Positions 9,367-19,137 of a stretch of 64,000 nt of DNA are shown here, in pieces (the first letter of the stretch is position 1; each line of letters begins with the position of its first letter). The notes below the pieces were generated by a model. The model worked only from the letters and a program-made list of their open reading frames with translations, made no database searches and had not been told where the DNA came from. The translations under genes and the position numbers were made by a program. This DNA is from Candidatus Altimarinota bacterium (GTDB taxonomy: Bacteria > Patescibacteriota > Gracilibacteria > CAIRYL01), in assembly GCA_965250085.1 (NCBI GenBank), contig OZ252287.1, forward strand, positions 736,001 through 800,000, in the 5' to 3' direction.

Positions 9367-11616
9367 ATGGTCGAAATCGCATCTCCAGCAGTGCCTGTTC
9401 TCGTCCCTAGTCAACATTCTAGCTTGGATCCAGGACCTAAAAAAGCTTCTTTGAGGAATCTCATTCAATTACAGAGAATTGTTGATTTACAAGCGAGGGA
9501 AGAGCGATGCTTTAGGCTTACGTATATTGAGGGGGATTCTTTACAGAATATCGCTAAAATTATTGATGAGAATGTGACTCAAGTAAGAATGTGTCTAATG
9601 AGTAGTCAAAACAAAATAAAAAATAAGATAGAGGACGTGCAAAAAGATGAAGAGTTGTCTACTTGGCTAAGCTCTCTTTTTCCTGATTTAGGCATTATCA
9701 TTAGAACAGAGCCTCAAAGCGGAATAGAACAAATCAGAAACACTTCTACAAGTGTTCCTCCAGATAGTTCAGTGGGTGTTTCTTCTATTGGAGGAACTAA
9801 TGACAGATTTTCGCAGCATGTTCATTTGTTACAAAAAGTCTTGGGACTAAGTTCTTTGATCTCTCAATGTTTATATCTTGCTTATGATGAAGGTCGGTCT
9901 CTTGAACAAATTGCCAACACCCTTTCTATCACAAAGAGAGATATAGAAATACTGATAGACAACGGTCTGGAGGTGATCAAAAGTGCTTCAGAAGATCTGG
10001 AGCAGCATCATAAAAAGCTGTATAACTGGGTAATAAAAAATATTCTAAAGCCAGAAAAAAAGAAGCGAAGTGGAAACGCTCCAGCATCTTGTTCGATAAT
10101 TCCTGAAATTTCCCTAAGCGTTGATAATACTATTGATCAAAAAAATATTGATATCCTTTCCAAAGCTGTAAAATTGACCCTTCCGAGAAAAAAGGTATTG
10201 TCTCTTCTGGTACAAGGGCACTCCACTGGAAAAATTGCGACTATATTAGATAGTACCGAATCTAGCGTATCACAACTCATTTTTCACTCTCGAAGAAAAA
10301 TAAAGGTCTACCTTGAAGACAACCTTCTTCTAGATTCAGAGTTTCACACTTGGATTGAGGAAAAAATTCTTGCTAGAAGAAAGAGAGGGAAGAAAGACCT
10401 CAAAAAGCCAGCTGCCGTAATGCCACGAATAGAATTGAAGGAAGCACTAGATGCGACAACAAATCCCACTTTGAAAATCATATTCACTCAACTCGCAAGG
10501 CTGAATCTTAAGAATGTAGATCTGGAAAATACGCTGATCACTCATGCTAGAAATACTTTAATTGATAGTCGTATCGAAGGAAGACTCATAGATAAAACAT
10601 TTGATATTAAAAAACATATAAACGATGTATGCACTCAACATGACATTCCTTTTGGGGTCTTTATCGACATAGTACTTAAAAATCCTGCCCTGCTTTTTTG
10701 TCCAACAAATACTGTTACCAATTATTCTGACTTTCGAATCTTAGTACATAATTATCGTTCCCCTCATTCCAATGCAACAAACTCTTCTCCTGTCTCTCTA
10801 AGGTCAAAGGAGGCTTCTGAGATACATACTTTTGAAGCAGGTGGAGAAGAATATGTATATATAAATGAGCAAATGCATACGGCTGTACTCTTAGCAAAAA
10901 GACTGGCGAGTGAAAAAATGCCCGTGCTTATTCTCGGTGAAACCGGAGTGGGAAAAGAAGGTATTGCTCGTCTTTTACATGAAAGTTCTGATAGAGCCCG
11001 GTTTCCATTTTCTGCCATTAATTGTTCAGCCATCCCCGCTGATCTTCTTGAGAGTGAACTCTTTGGACATAAGCGAGGATCGTTCACAGGGGCGACCTCG
11101 AACAGAAAAGGCTTATTCGAAACTGTAGAGCGCGGAACTCTCTTTCTTGATGAAATTGGAGAAATGGATCCACGAGTACAATCAAAGCTCTTGCGAGTCT
11201 TGCAAGAGAAAGAATTTCGTCCAGTTGGAAGCAATGAGGATACTAAATTTAGAGGAAGGGTTATTGCCGCTACTAATAGAGACCTTACTCAGGAGATACA
11301 ATCTCACACTTTCCGTTCCGACTTGCTCTACCGCATTGCACAATCTCATATTATTATTCCCAAACTAAAAGATAGAATTGAAGATATTGATCCCCTTCTT
11401 CGCATTTTTTTAAAACAGCTCCATCCTCAGCTCCACATCAAGGATGCAGCACGAAACAAACTCAAAGACCATTCATTCCCTGGAAATATTAGAGAATTGC
11501 AGGCTATTTTAAGACAAGCATATGTCCTTGCAACCCTTCACTCTCCTAAAAATCTAGTTATTGATGCAGAACATATAAGATTCTTCTTTGCAGAGAGCTT
11601 GGGTGAGATCTCTTAG
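9367..11616 (+). CDS. sigma54-interaction (bEBP) AAA+ protein with three N-terminal sigma70 region-4-like HTH repeats
   Basis: GETGVGKE, ESELFGHKRGSFTGA, LFLDEIGEM, FRSDLLYR, FPGNIRELQ; start chosen by similarity with paralog N-terminus. Confidence 0.85.
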   Translation: MVEIASPAVPVLVPSQHSSLDPGPKKASLRNLIQLQRIVDLQAREERCFRLTYIEGDSLQNIAKIIDENVTQVRMCLMSSQNKIKNKIEDVQKDEELSTWLSSLFPDLGIIIRTEPQSGIEQIRNTSTSVPPDSSVGVSSIGGTNDRFSQHVHLLQKVLGLSSLISQCLYLAYDEGRSLEQIANTLSITKRDIEILIDNGLEVIKSASEDLEQHHKKLYNWVIKNILKPEKKKRSGNAPASCSIIPEISLSVDNTIDQKNIDILSKAVKLTLPRKKVLSLLVQGHSTGKIATILDSTESSVSQLIFHSRRKIKVYLEDNLLLDSEFHTWIEEKILARRKRGKKDLKKPAAVMPRIELKEALDATTNPTLKIIFTQLARLNLKNVDLENTLITHARNTLIDSRIEGRLIDKTFDIKKHINDVCTQHDIPFGVFIDIVLKNPALLFCPTNTVTNYSDFRILVHNYRSPHSNATNSSPVSLRSKEASEIHTFEAGGEEYVYINEQMHTAVLLAKRLASEKMPVLILGETGVGKEGIARLLHESSDRARFPFSAINCSAIPADLLESELFGHKRGSFTGATSNRKGLFETVERGTLFLDEIGEMDPRVQSKLLRVLQEKEFRPVGSNEDTKFRGRVIAATNRDLTQEIQSHTFRSDLLYRIAQSHIIIPKLKDRIEDIDPLLRIFLKQLHPQLHIKDAARNKLKDHSFPGNIRELQAILRQAYVLATLHSPKNLVIDAEHIRFFFAESLGEIS

Positions 11617-11659
11617 TGTTTTGCAAGTACGATATGTTTATATAATTTTTTATTCTTTC

Positions 11660-12367
11660 ATGGATGAAATAGTTCCTCCAGTAGTGCCTCTTTCTTCTCC
11701 TGATCAACTATCTGATAATAAAGATTCGTCAGGTATTACGCGCACTCAGAGCCTGTGGCTTCTGGCTAGGTTACAAACAGCGCTTCGTTTAAGTGATATG
11801 AGTACTAAGTGTTTGGATCTTACGTATAATGATCTTCAGTCTCCTGATCAGATTGCTTCTACTCTTGGCATAACCGTATCCCAAGTGAGGACACGGCTAA
11901 AAGACTCCCTATACACAATAGAGTTTCGGTTGGATATATTGCAGAGAGATAATAAAGATTTGTATGACTGGGTGGTGTCCGATATTCTGAATTTAGAGGA
12001 ATCTGAAGATCGAATTGGAGGTGCTGAGAGTGATATTTCCACAACTTCACTTATGAATAAGAAATCTGATTCAGATGCTGACAAAGATCCCGACAAAATT
12101 CATATCTATCAGCTTGCTCAAACTGTAGGTTTGACTTCTCTGCAACAAAATACATTGTTCTTTTTTGTGAAGGGTCTTTCCTATCAGGAAATAGCGAGCG
12201 AACTAAATACAGCATGTGGTAATATCTCACAACGCATGGTTTATATTCGAAAAAAAATAAAACGCCATATTAGGGCGAGGCGTCCATTGGATGTGGACCT
12301 CCGAATCTGGACACAAGAAAGAATCCTTGCCGCGAGAAAGAAAAAAGGTTCAGTCGTTATAAAATAG
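11660..12367 (+). CDS. paralog of the N-terminal region of the upstream gene (two sigma4-like HTH repeats)
   Basis: MDEIVPPVVP vs MVEIASPAVP; GLSYQEIASELN; WTQERILAARKK vs WIEEKILARRKR. Confidence 0.75.
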   Translation: MDEIVPPVVPLSSPDQLSDNKDSSGITRTQSLWLLARLQTALRLSDMSTKCLDLTYNDLQSPDQIASTLGITVSQVRTRLKDSLYTIEFRLDILQRDNKDLYDWVVSDILNLEESEDRIGGAESDISTTSLMNKKSDSDADKDPDKIHIYQLAQTVGLTSLQQNTLFFFVKGLSYQEIASELNTACGNISQRMVYIRKKIKRHIRARRPLDVDLRIWTQERILAARKKKGSVVIK

Positions 12368-12511
12368 TCCTAATTTTTTATAATCCCGATATGATTCTAT
12401 TTTTGGCATCCATTGGTATTTTTTATAAAAACATAAAAAATCACCTATTCTTAGAATCAATGAAGAACGTGATACAATACAAGCATCCTTCTCCTTTTAT
12501 CCCCTTTTTTT

Positions 12512-12898
12512 ATGGAATCTGGTCATTATCTCGCGTCCATTATCGGACCTGTCTACGTTGTCATAGGACTCAGCGCTCTCATGTATCCCAAAGTTTGGGT
12601 AAAACTTCTCAAATACTACACCGAAAACCACTTTCGACTTTTTGAACTTGCGCTCCTGGAACTTGTTCTGGGACTTCTCATCATCAGCAAATATAATGTG
12701 TGGGAACCAAACATATATCTAATCATCACCCTCACTGGTTGGGGCATGATTCTCGAGAGCGTGATGTATATGATTTTTTCAGGAAAAACACTCAAGGGCA
12801 TGATGAAAAAGTTTTCGACATCTGGATCAATGAGCTTCTGGGGACTCGTGGCACTTATTGTTGGGGGGGTGCTTTGCTACAATGTGTATATGGTGTAG
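12512..12898 (+). CDS. small 4-TM membrane protein
   Basis: Four hydrophobic segments. Confidence 0.7.
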   Translation: MESGHYLASIIGPVYVVIGLSALMYPKVWVKLLKYYTENHFRLFELALLELVLGLLIISKYNVWEPNIYLIITLTGWGMILESVMYMIFSGKTLKGMMKKFSTSGSMSFWGLVALIVGGVLCYNVYMV

Positions 12899-13106
12899 CT
12901 TCTTAAAATGGTTATGTCAAAAAAAACATTTGCAGGCGTGCTTGTTGCTGTTGCCCTGTCCATCGGCATTTTTATGTTGAACGGTTCAAAAGACCTTATT
13001 GTGTCAATGCGCATGAGTGGATCAGGCTTACAGATCTATTCGAACGGCACTGTCATTGCTTTTTTTCCAGAATATTATCGTTATGCTGGCATTTTTTTAT
13101 AAAACT

Positions 13107-13658
13107 GTGAATGATCTTAGCTTATTAAGTCGGAAGGAACTCGAAATAGAATTAGAAGTGCTGTTCGAGCAAAACGCGAAGCTCTCCAAGGAGAATAAGA
13201 GCCTCAGAGTTCTAGCGTATGCAATTGAAGAAGTTAGAAGAAACATTGATTTCGATTACGCCCCTGAGGAGAACCAGCGTCGAGGCGGGGTCTCAAGTGC
13301 TCTTAGGACTAATGCTGAACAGCGGAGTAGGAACGCAAAAATGGCAGCCCTCTCACGGTCTCCTGAGAAGCGCAAGGCGCTTGCTCGGCAGGCTGCTCGA
13401 GTTCGATGGGGGGATGCTATTGACGCGAAAGCTGTCGGCGAACAAATTCGCAATCTTCGCCAGTTCATAAACGTCACCCAGAGCGAGTTCGCGACCGAAC
13501 TAGAGACATACTTGGGCGTTGGCAAAGCTCCATCCCAATCAACGGTAGCAAGTTGGGAAAGCGGAAAGGCGGCGCCGAGTAACGATTTCAGGCCTGCGAT
13601 TCTGGCTTTAGCCGCCGCACTCGATTATCCATTTGAAATTCAGCCTCTCATCGAGTGA
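13107..13658 (+). CDS. XRE-family HTH protein with basic N-terminal motif
   Basis: IRNLRQFINVTQSEFA..SQSTVASWESG; SPEKRKALARQAARVRW; GTG start inferred; elevated GC. Confidence 0.7.
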   Translation: MNDLSLLSRKELEIELEVLFEQNAKLSKENKSLRVLAYAIEEVRRNIDFDYAPEENQRRGGVSSALRTNAEQRSRNAKMAALSRSPEKRKALARQAARVRWGDAIDAKAVGEQIRNLRQFINVTQSEFATELETYLGVGKAPSQSTVASWESGKAAPSNDFRPAILALAAALDYPFEIQPLIE

Positions 13659-13700
13659 GTTCAGCGATGCGAAAGAGAACTTGCCATGAGCGAAGTCGAA

Positions 13701-13775
13701 TGGTGCCCCCGACAGGAATCGAACCTGTATCTAAGTCTTAGGAGGACCTTGTTCTATCCATTGAACTACGGGAGC
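13701..13775 (-). tRNA. tRNA-Arg (CCT)
   Basis: Reverse complement GCTCCCG..TAGTTCAATGGATAGAAC..anticodon loop CTCCTAA..GTTCGATTC..CGGGGGCACCA. Confidence 0.95.
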
Positions 13776-13782
13776 AAGACAG

Positions 13783-13856
13783 TCGGAAGTATAAAGTCAA
13801 AAGTATAAAGTAAGAAGTGTAACTTTCAGACTTTATAACTTGTAACTTTCAACTTG
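13783..13856. repeat. inverted pair of heptamer tandem arrays
   Basis: (..AAGT)n followed by (ACTT...)n with about 7-nt period. Confidence 0.65.
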
Positions 13857-13857
13857 C

Positions 13858-14385
13858 TTACGCAGTAAGCTTTGGAAATATTGTTTTATCAGAAGGAAGA
13901 GAAGAAGTCGTGCAAACAAATTCTTTTATTGCCTCCTCTGAACCGGCGCCCATTTCTGCCAAGAATTTTTCTTGTGCTGTTCCTACTACAATCACTGCTT
14001 TGGGGTCTATTTCTTCCACCATTTTTTTGAGAGCAGGTTTCACTTCATTCACCTCCAAAACCAGAACATCTACATTTCCGAGTATTTCCATATCATTTTC
14101 TGTGAGTTCTTTGTCTAAGGCAGGGAGAAAAACTACTCGCACATCTTCTGTAAGGAGTTTTACTCCAAGAGATTTATTATGCAGTTCAAAAAGCTGTGCA
14201 GCGGTCCCTCCAAATTCATACTCGCCTGGCCAACTGAGGAAATTGCCATCAAAATTCATATCTCTGTCTTGACCAGTAAAGACAGAAAACAAAAGTGTTT
14301 CATTCTTTTTAGATGGATTGATCGTAAACATTCCATTTTTTGTTTCACCGCTAAAAGCAAAGTTTCCGTAGTATTTGAGTTTCAT
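13858..14385 (-). CDS. MBL-fold (Lactamase_B_3-like) protein, degenerate
   Basis: MKLKYYG, PGEYEFGG, LGNVDVLVL, EEIDPKAVI pattern. Confidence 0.6.
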   Translation of the reverse strand: MKLKYYGNFAFSGETKNGMFTINPSKKNETLLFSVFTGQDRDMNFDGNFLSWPGEYEFGGTAAQLFELHNKSLGVKLLTEDVRVVFLPALDKELTENDMEILGNVDVLVLEVNEVKPALKKMVEEIDPKAVIVVGTAQEKFLAEMGAGSEEAIKEFVCTTSSLPSDKTIFPKLTA

Positions 14386-14510
14386 AAATTTTAAAAAAAC
14401 AGCAGAGAGAGTGTACTCAAAATCATGTAAAAACAGAAGAGATTTGCTTTTTTTCTTTATACATTATGGCACCTTTGCTATGCTCCTTTTTGATTTTTTT
14501 AAAGACAAGA

Positions 14511-15575
14511 ATGGAAATATTAAAAAAAGAGGCGCCTTTTCTTCTTTTCTTCGTCGCACTCACCGCTGGAATTGGATATATATTTCAAAGGCCAGACATT
14601 GCCATGTGGACAGGGTTCATTTTGGCTGCATATAGTGCCATTGGCAATGACAGTATTCAAACCCTTGGGACATTTTTGACATCTAATGAAAAAATAAAAT
14701 GGTGGGTGCTCTGGATGTTTATTGGAGGTATTTTTATAGTGGTCATGACGTATGGATGGCATGCAAACCAAGGCGATGTAGCATTTGGGAGGCTGAATAA
14801 GATCCAGTACACCAATACATTTTCATTCTTCCAAATTTTTGCACCTGCTGTCCTCTTGCTTCTGACAAGGTATCGTATTCCTGTGAGCACCACTTTTCTG
14901 TTGCTTTCTGTTTTTTCTACTGCCAAGACCGTAGAAAAAATGATCGTCAAAAGTCTCTTTGGATATGCACTCGCATTTATATGTGCTTTCCTTTTTTGGG
15001 GAGCACTATCTAAATTTTTTGGTGCATATTTTGCAAAACCTCTTTCTCAATCGCAACAAAAGCGCTGGAGAATTTTACAATGGGCGTCTACTGCCTTTCT
15101 CTGGTCCTCGTGGCTGATGCAAGATACCTCCAATATTGCTGTGTTTTTTCCACGCATTATTTCATGGGAAAATTTTTTGATAATGACGTCGATTGGATTT
15201 TTACTAATTGGATTCTTACTTTTTATAAAAGGAGGACGTATCCAATCCATTGTTCGAGAAAAAAAAGACGTCGTAGAAGTACGGGCAGCAACACTTATCG
15301 ATATTATGCTGGCATTTATTCTGCTGTATTTTAAAAAGATCAACGATATTCCCATGAGTACTACCTGGGTCTTTTTGGGACTTTTGGCGGGAAGAGAAAT
15401 CATCCTCTCTCACTTTGCTGGTTCAAAAGGTCCCTTTAAAGAGAGTGTCTATTTGGTCGCAAAAGACATTATGCTCGCGGCATTAGGGCTTGTTATTTCT
15501 GTGATACTCGTTATTTGCACCAGACCTGACGTGTTTCTTCCATGGGTAAAGGGAATATTTTTGATAGGAAACTAG
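14511..15575 (+). CDS. PiT/PHO4-like inorganic phosphate transporter
   Basis: GNDSIQTLGT plus two P(V/M)STT motifs, about 10 TM helices. Confidence 0.65.
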   Translation: MEILKKEAPFLLFFVALTAGIGYIFQRPDIAMWTGFILAAYSAIGNDSIQTLGTFLTSNEKIKWWVLWMFIGGIFIVVMTYGWHANQGDVAFGRLNKIQYTNTFSFFQIFAPAVLLLLTRYRIPVSTTFLLLSVFSTAKTVEKMIVKSLFGYALAFICAFLFWGALSKFFGAYFAKPLSQSQQKRWRILQWASTAFLWSSWLMQDTSNIAVFFPRIISWENFLIMTSIGFLLIGFLLFIKGGRIQSIVREKKDVVEVRAATLIDIMLAFILLYFKKINDIPMSTTWVFLGLLAGREIILSHFAGSKGPFKESVYLVAKDIMLAALGLVISVILVICTRPDVFLPWVKGIFLIGN

Positions 15576-15603
15576 TATCTTCTTTCTGAATTACAGAGTT
15601 TCA

Positions 15604-16875
15604 TCATATTGCACCTTGATATCTTGCCTTGTTTCCAAGCTGTTTTTCTATCCTCAGGAGCTGATTGTATTTGGCAATACGATCGGTACGAGAGAGTGAT
15701 CCGGCTTTGATCTGTCCGGTCTCAAGTCCTACTGCCAAATCGGAAATAGTAGTGTCTTCAGATTCTCCACTACGATGACTCATGACAGCTGTCCATTTTC
15801 CTGTTTTTACCGCCATTTGCACGGTTTCGATCGTTTCGGAGAGAGTTCCAATCTGGTTAAATTTGACGAGGAGTGAATTGACGCATTTGCGAGCAATACA
15901 CATCTGCACCCTTCGAGGATTTGTCACACACAGATCATCTCCTACAAGTTGCACTTTGTCTCCAATATGAGCGGTGAGAGATGTGAATGCATCCCAATCA
16001 TCTTCAGAAAAGGCATCTTCAATAGAAATAATCGGGTATCTGTCACAAAGATCAATATAATATTGCCCAAGTTCTTCAGAGTTTTTCCATTCTCCGTCTA
16101 CTCGGTATCCTTTTTCATCCTCATAAAACTCCGATGCAGCGGCATCAAGAGCGATCTGTATTTTTCCATCATGACCGGCAGCTTCTACTGCCTCGAGAAT
16201 AACCTCAATGGCATCTGCATTCTTTTTTAAATGCGGGGCAAATCCTCCTTCATCTCCTACCGCCGTCACCATTTTTCGAGACTGTAGAATTTTTTTGAGA
16301 TGATGAAATGTCTCTGATCCCATTTGGAGTGCCTCTGAAAATGAATTGGCTCCCGTGGGCATAATCATAAATTCCTGAATCTCCAATCCAGAGTCTGCGT
16401 GTTCTCCTCCGTTTATTACATTCATCATGGGAGTCGGGAGCAGTACTGGATCTGAATTTTCCGCAAGAGATCCAAAATATTGAAAGAGTGGAATATTTAA
16501 CTCTTGAGCATGCGCCTTTGCCACGGCGAGTGAAATACCAAGGATGGCATTCGCTCCCAAACGTCCTTTGTTCATGGTGCCATCCAGATCTATCATCTTG
16601 TGATCGAGTTCTTTTTGCTCTCCACTTTCCATTTCCACGATTGCCTTCTTGAGCTCAGTATTTACATTCTTTACAGCGTTCAAAACACCTTTCCCCAGAT
16701 ATCGTTTTTTGTCTCCATCACGAAGCTCCAGAGCTTCATGGGTTCCCGTAGACGCCCCAGAAGGAACAATAGCTCTGGCTGAAACACCACTTTTGAGCTC
16801 TGCAAGAACCTCTACCGTTGGACTCCCTCGAGAATCGAGGACTTCTAAGGCCTCAATATTTATGATTTTGGACAT
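15604..16875 (-). CDS. eno: enolase
   Basis: VLDSRG, VPSGASTG, GDEGGFAP, SHRSGE, GQIKAG. Confidence 0.98.
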   Translation of the reverse strand: MSKIINIEALEVLDSRGSPTVEVLAELKSGVSARAIVPSGASTGTHEALELRDGDKKRYLGKGVLNAVKNVNTELKKAIVEMESGEQKELDHKMIDLDGTMNKGRLGANAILGISLAVAKAHAQELNIPLFQYFGSLAENSDPVLLPTPMMNVINGGEHADSGLEIQEFMIMPTGANSFSEALQMGSETFHHLKKILQSRKMVTAVGDEGGFAPHLKKNADAIEVILEAVEAAGHDGKIQIALDAAASEFYEDEKGYRVDGEWKNSEELGQYYIDLCDRYPIISIEDAFSEDDWDAFTSLTAHIGDKVQLVGDDLCVTNPRRVQMCIARKCVNSLLVKFNQIGTLSETIETVQMAVKTGKWTAVMSHRSGESEDTTISDLAVGLETGQIKAGSLSRTDRIAKYNQLLRIEKQLGNKARYQGAI

Positions 16876-16940
16876 ATGAAAAGAATTACGGCTCCAGTAT
16901 GACACAGAACAATTTGGCTTCAAAAATAAACTTATGATTT

Positions 16941-17843
16941 TTAGACTTTCATGGAGAAATCAAGCGACTGAGCATGCTTGGTCAGAAAACCAGCAGAAAG
17001 GATATTCACTCCAGTGTCAGCAAATCCCAAAAAGTTTTTAGGAGAAATTCCTCCTGAGGCCTCAAAGAAAATATTTTTTCCATTCCATTCTTGGATATCA
17101 ATTTTGTTGAGAACATGAGAAATATCCTCTGGAATGAAATTGTCCAACATGATCACTCCAGGTGTTTCGGACGGGAATTGTTCTAAAGTATCAAGTACCG
17201 TAAAAAATTCATCTTCTGTTTCCACCTCTATCTCCCAAAAATCTGCTGTGTTTTGTTGGGAAACTTTTTCCACGACATTTTTAATTCCATCGGAAAGACT
17301 GAGGTGATTTTCTTTGACAAGCACAGCGTCAAAAAGTCCAAGTCGATGTGTGAGTCCGCCACCAAGGGTAACTGCTTTTTTGTCCAACATCCCCCAGAGT
17401 GTTTTTCGTGTTGCGGCAAAATATATACTTTTCGGTAATTGGGAAGAAAATCGATTTGTGTGAGTGGCAATACCAGACATCCGCGAGAGAGTGTTGAGAA
17501 GTGTTCGTTCGATTCTCAGTATTTCTTTTCCATCTCCAGAGAGAGTAAGGATCTCATCTGCGCCCTTAAATTCTTCTCCATCTTGAAAATGCCATGTGTC
17601 CTTGATGTTCAGACCTTGAAGAAGATACAAAATTTCTTCCTGTCCCGCCAGTATTCCATTTTCTCGAGAGATAATTTTTGCAGAGATTTTTGTCTCTTGT
17701 TGTATGAAGAGATCACTTGTGAGATCTTCCCCGTCTCCAGAAAATTGAAAGTCAAAGAACTTATCTACTGCCTTTCTGTACTTCGGATGTTCCAAAGTAA
17801 GAAGATGCGATCGGTCGTGTGGAGGTTTTGGAGGAATGTGCAT
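16941..17843 (-). CDS. nadC: nicotinate-nucleotide pyrophosphorylase
   Basis: TRKT, HRLGLFDAVLVKENH, IEVET, IMLDNF, EASGGI. Confidence 0.93.
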   Translation of the reverse strand: MHIPPKPPHDRSHLLTLEHPKYRKAVDKFFDFQFSGDGEDLTSDLFIQQETKISAKIISRENGILAGQEEILYLLQGLNIKDTWHFQDGEEFKGADEILTLSGDGKEILRIERTLLNTLSRMSGIATHTNRFSSQLPKSIYFAATRKTLWGMLDKKAVTLGGGLTHRLGLFDAVLVKENHLSLSDGIKNVVEKVSQQNTADFWEIEVETEDEFFTVLDTLEQFPSETPGVIMLDNFIPEDISHVLNKIDIQEWNGKNIFFEASGGISPKNFLGFADTGVNILSAGFLTKHAQSLDFSMKV

Positions 17844-17870
17844 AGTACATGAAGTATGAATCTTTTTTGT

Positions 17871-17982
17871 CCCCCTTGAAAAGGGGGATTTAGGGGGTTT
17901 GTATTATAAACCCACCCAGCCTCCCTTGTTAAGGGAGGAGTAAAAAAAAACCTCTCTTTGGTAAGGGAGATGCAGGGGGTTT
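17871..17982. repeat. cluster of REP-like CCCCTT..AAGGGG palindromes
   Basis: cccccttgaaaaggggg, ctcccttgttaagggag and ctctctttggtaagggag; same family at 60747-60834. Confidence 0.7.
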
Positions 17983-18000
17983 AAAAACAGAAAAATAAAT

Positions 18001-18069
18001 GTCATTCTGATTCGCCGTAGGCGGAGAAGAATCTCGAGATCCTTCAGTCGTACCTCCTTCAGGATGACA
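18001..18069. repeat. palindromic repeat element GTCATTCTGA...TCAGGATGAC
   Basis: Terminal inverted repeat with internal GAAGAATCT/AGATCCTTC stem. Confidence 0.7.
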
Positions 18070-18134
18070 GAACTCTTGCTTTCTACTGGCTTTTTACCTA
18101 CCATACGCGAGAATTATTTTGACTCCTGAACAAA

Positions 18135-19037
18135 ATGAAATTTCCCATTATTCCCTCTTCAAAAACATGGTTCTCTCTCTCTGCACTTCTAGTGGCAGCA
18201 AGTTTGTTTTTTCTCTTGTCTCCAGGTTTTGGACTCAAAGCGGGAATTGATTTTACTGGAGGAAGTAAGATGTATCTTCCTTTTTCTGAGCCCATCGCTC
18301 GTCAGGAATTTACAGATATTTTTCGTGAAACATTGGGAGATGACAAAGGAGAAATAGTGGTAGAATCTGGGGAGAATGCCATTTTGGTGCGCTCGAGAAC
18401 ACTGGAAAATAGTGAAATAGAATCCCTGAAATCTGCATTTGCAGAAAAAGGAAACCGCATCACTGAAGATGCAATCCGAGTAGAAACAGTAGGTCCGACT
18501 CAAGGCGCAGTACAGACTCGTAATGGATTTATCGCCGTAGGAATTACTCTTCTCGCAATTGTGCTCTTTATTAGTCTCGCCTTTCGGAAAGTGCCACATG
18601 GTCTTTCCAGTTGGAAACTTGGCCTCGCGGCTATTGTTGCCCTCCTTCATGACGTCACCATCATTGCTGGTATTTTTGCACTTTTGGGGAAATTTTATGG
18701 AGTAGAAGTCGATACTCTCTTTATTACTGCGCTCCTCACCGTTATGGGATTCTCAGTACATGACACTATTGTGGTGTTTGATCGCCTGAGAGAAAATCTG
18801 CGTGGCGTTGCCGTGTCTGAGCTTCCCCAAGTCGCCGAAAAGTCTGTCTGGGAAACAATGGCTCGCTCACTGCATACTTCTATCTCCACCGTCATTGTCC
18901 TTGTTGCCATTTTACTCGCAAAAATCGAAGGGATTCATTTTTTTGTCCTCGCCCTTACTGCTGGTATTGTTATCGGAACATATTCTTCTATCTTTCTCGC
19001 CACACCACTTCTGGTGGCATGGTCGAAACAGAAATAA
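18135..19037 (+). CDS. secF: protein translocase subunit SecF
   Basis: GIDFTGG, VGP, GFSVHDTIVVFDRLREN, GTYSSIFLA. Confidence 0.96.
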   Translation: MKFPIIPSSKTWFSLSALLVAASLFFLLSPGFGLKAGIDFTGGSKMYLPFSEPIARQEFTDIFRETLGDDKGEIVVESGENAILVRSRTLENSEIESLKSAFAEKGNRITEDAIRVETVGPTQGAVQTRNGFIAVGITLLAIVLFISLAFRKVPHGLSSWKLGLAAIVALLHDVTIIAGIFALLGKFYGVEVDTLFITALLTVMGFSVHDTIVVFDRLRENLRGVAVSELPQVAEKSVWETMARSLHTSISTVIVLVAILLAKIEGIHFFVLALTAGIVIGTYSSIFLATPLLVAWSKQK

Positions 19038-19137
19038 ATCGCTTATTCCTCATTTCTTCGCTCTGAAGTACACACAATGAATATTGTGGTCTTCAACGCA
19101 TTGGATTACCAATAAGATCTGCTACTTAATCCATACC

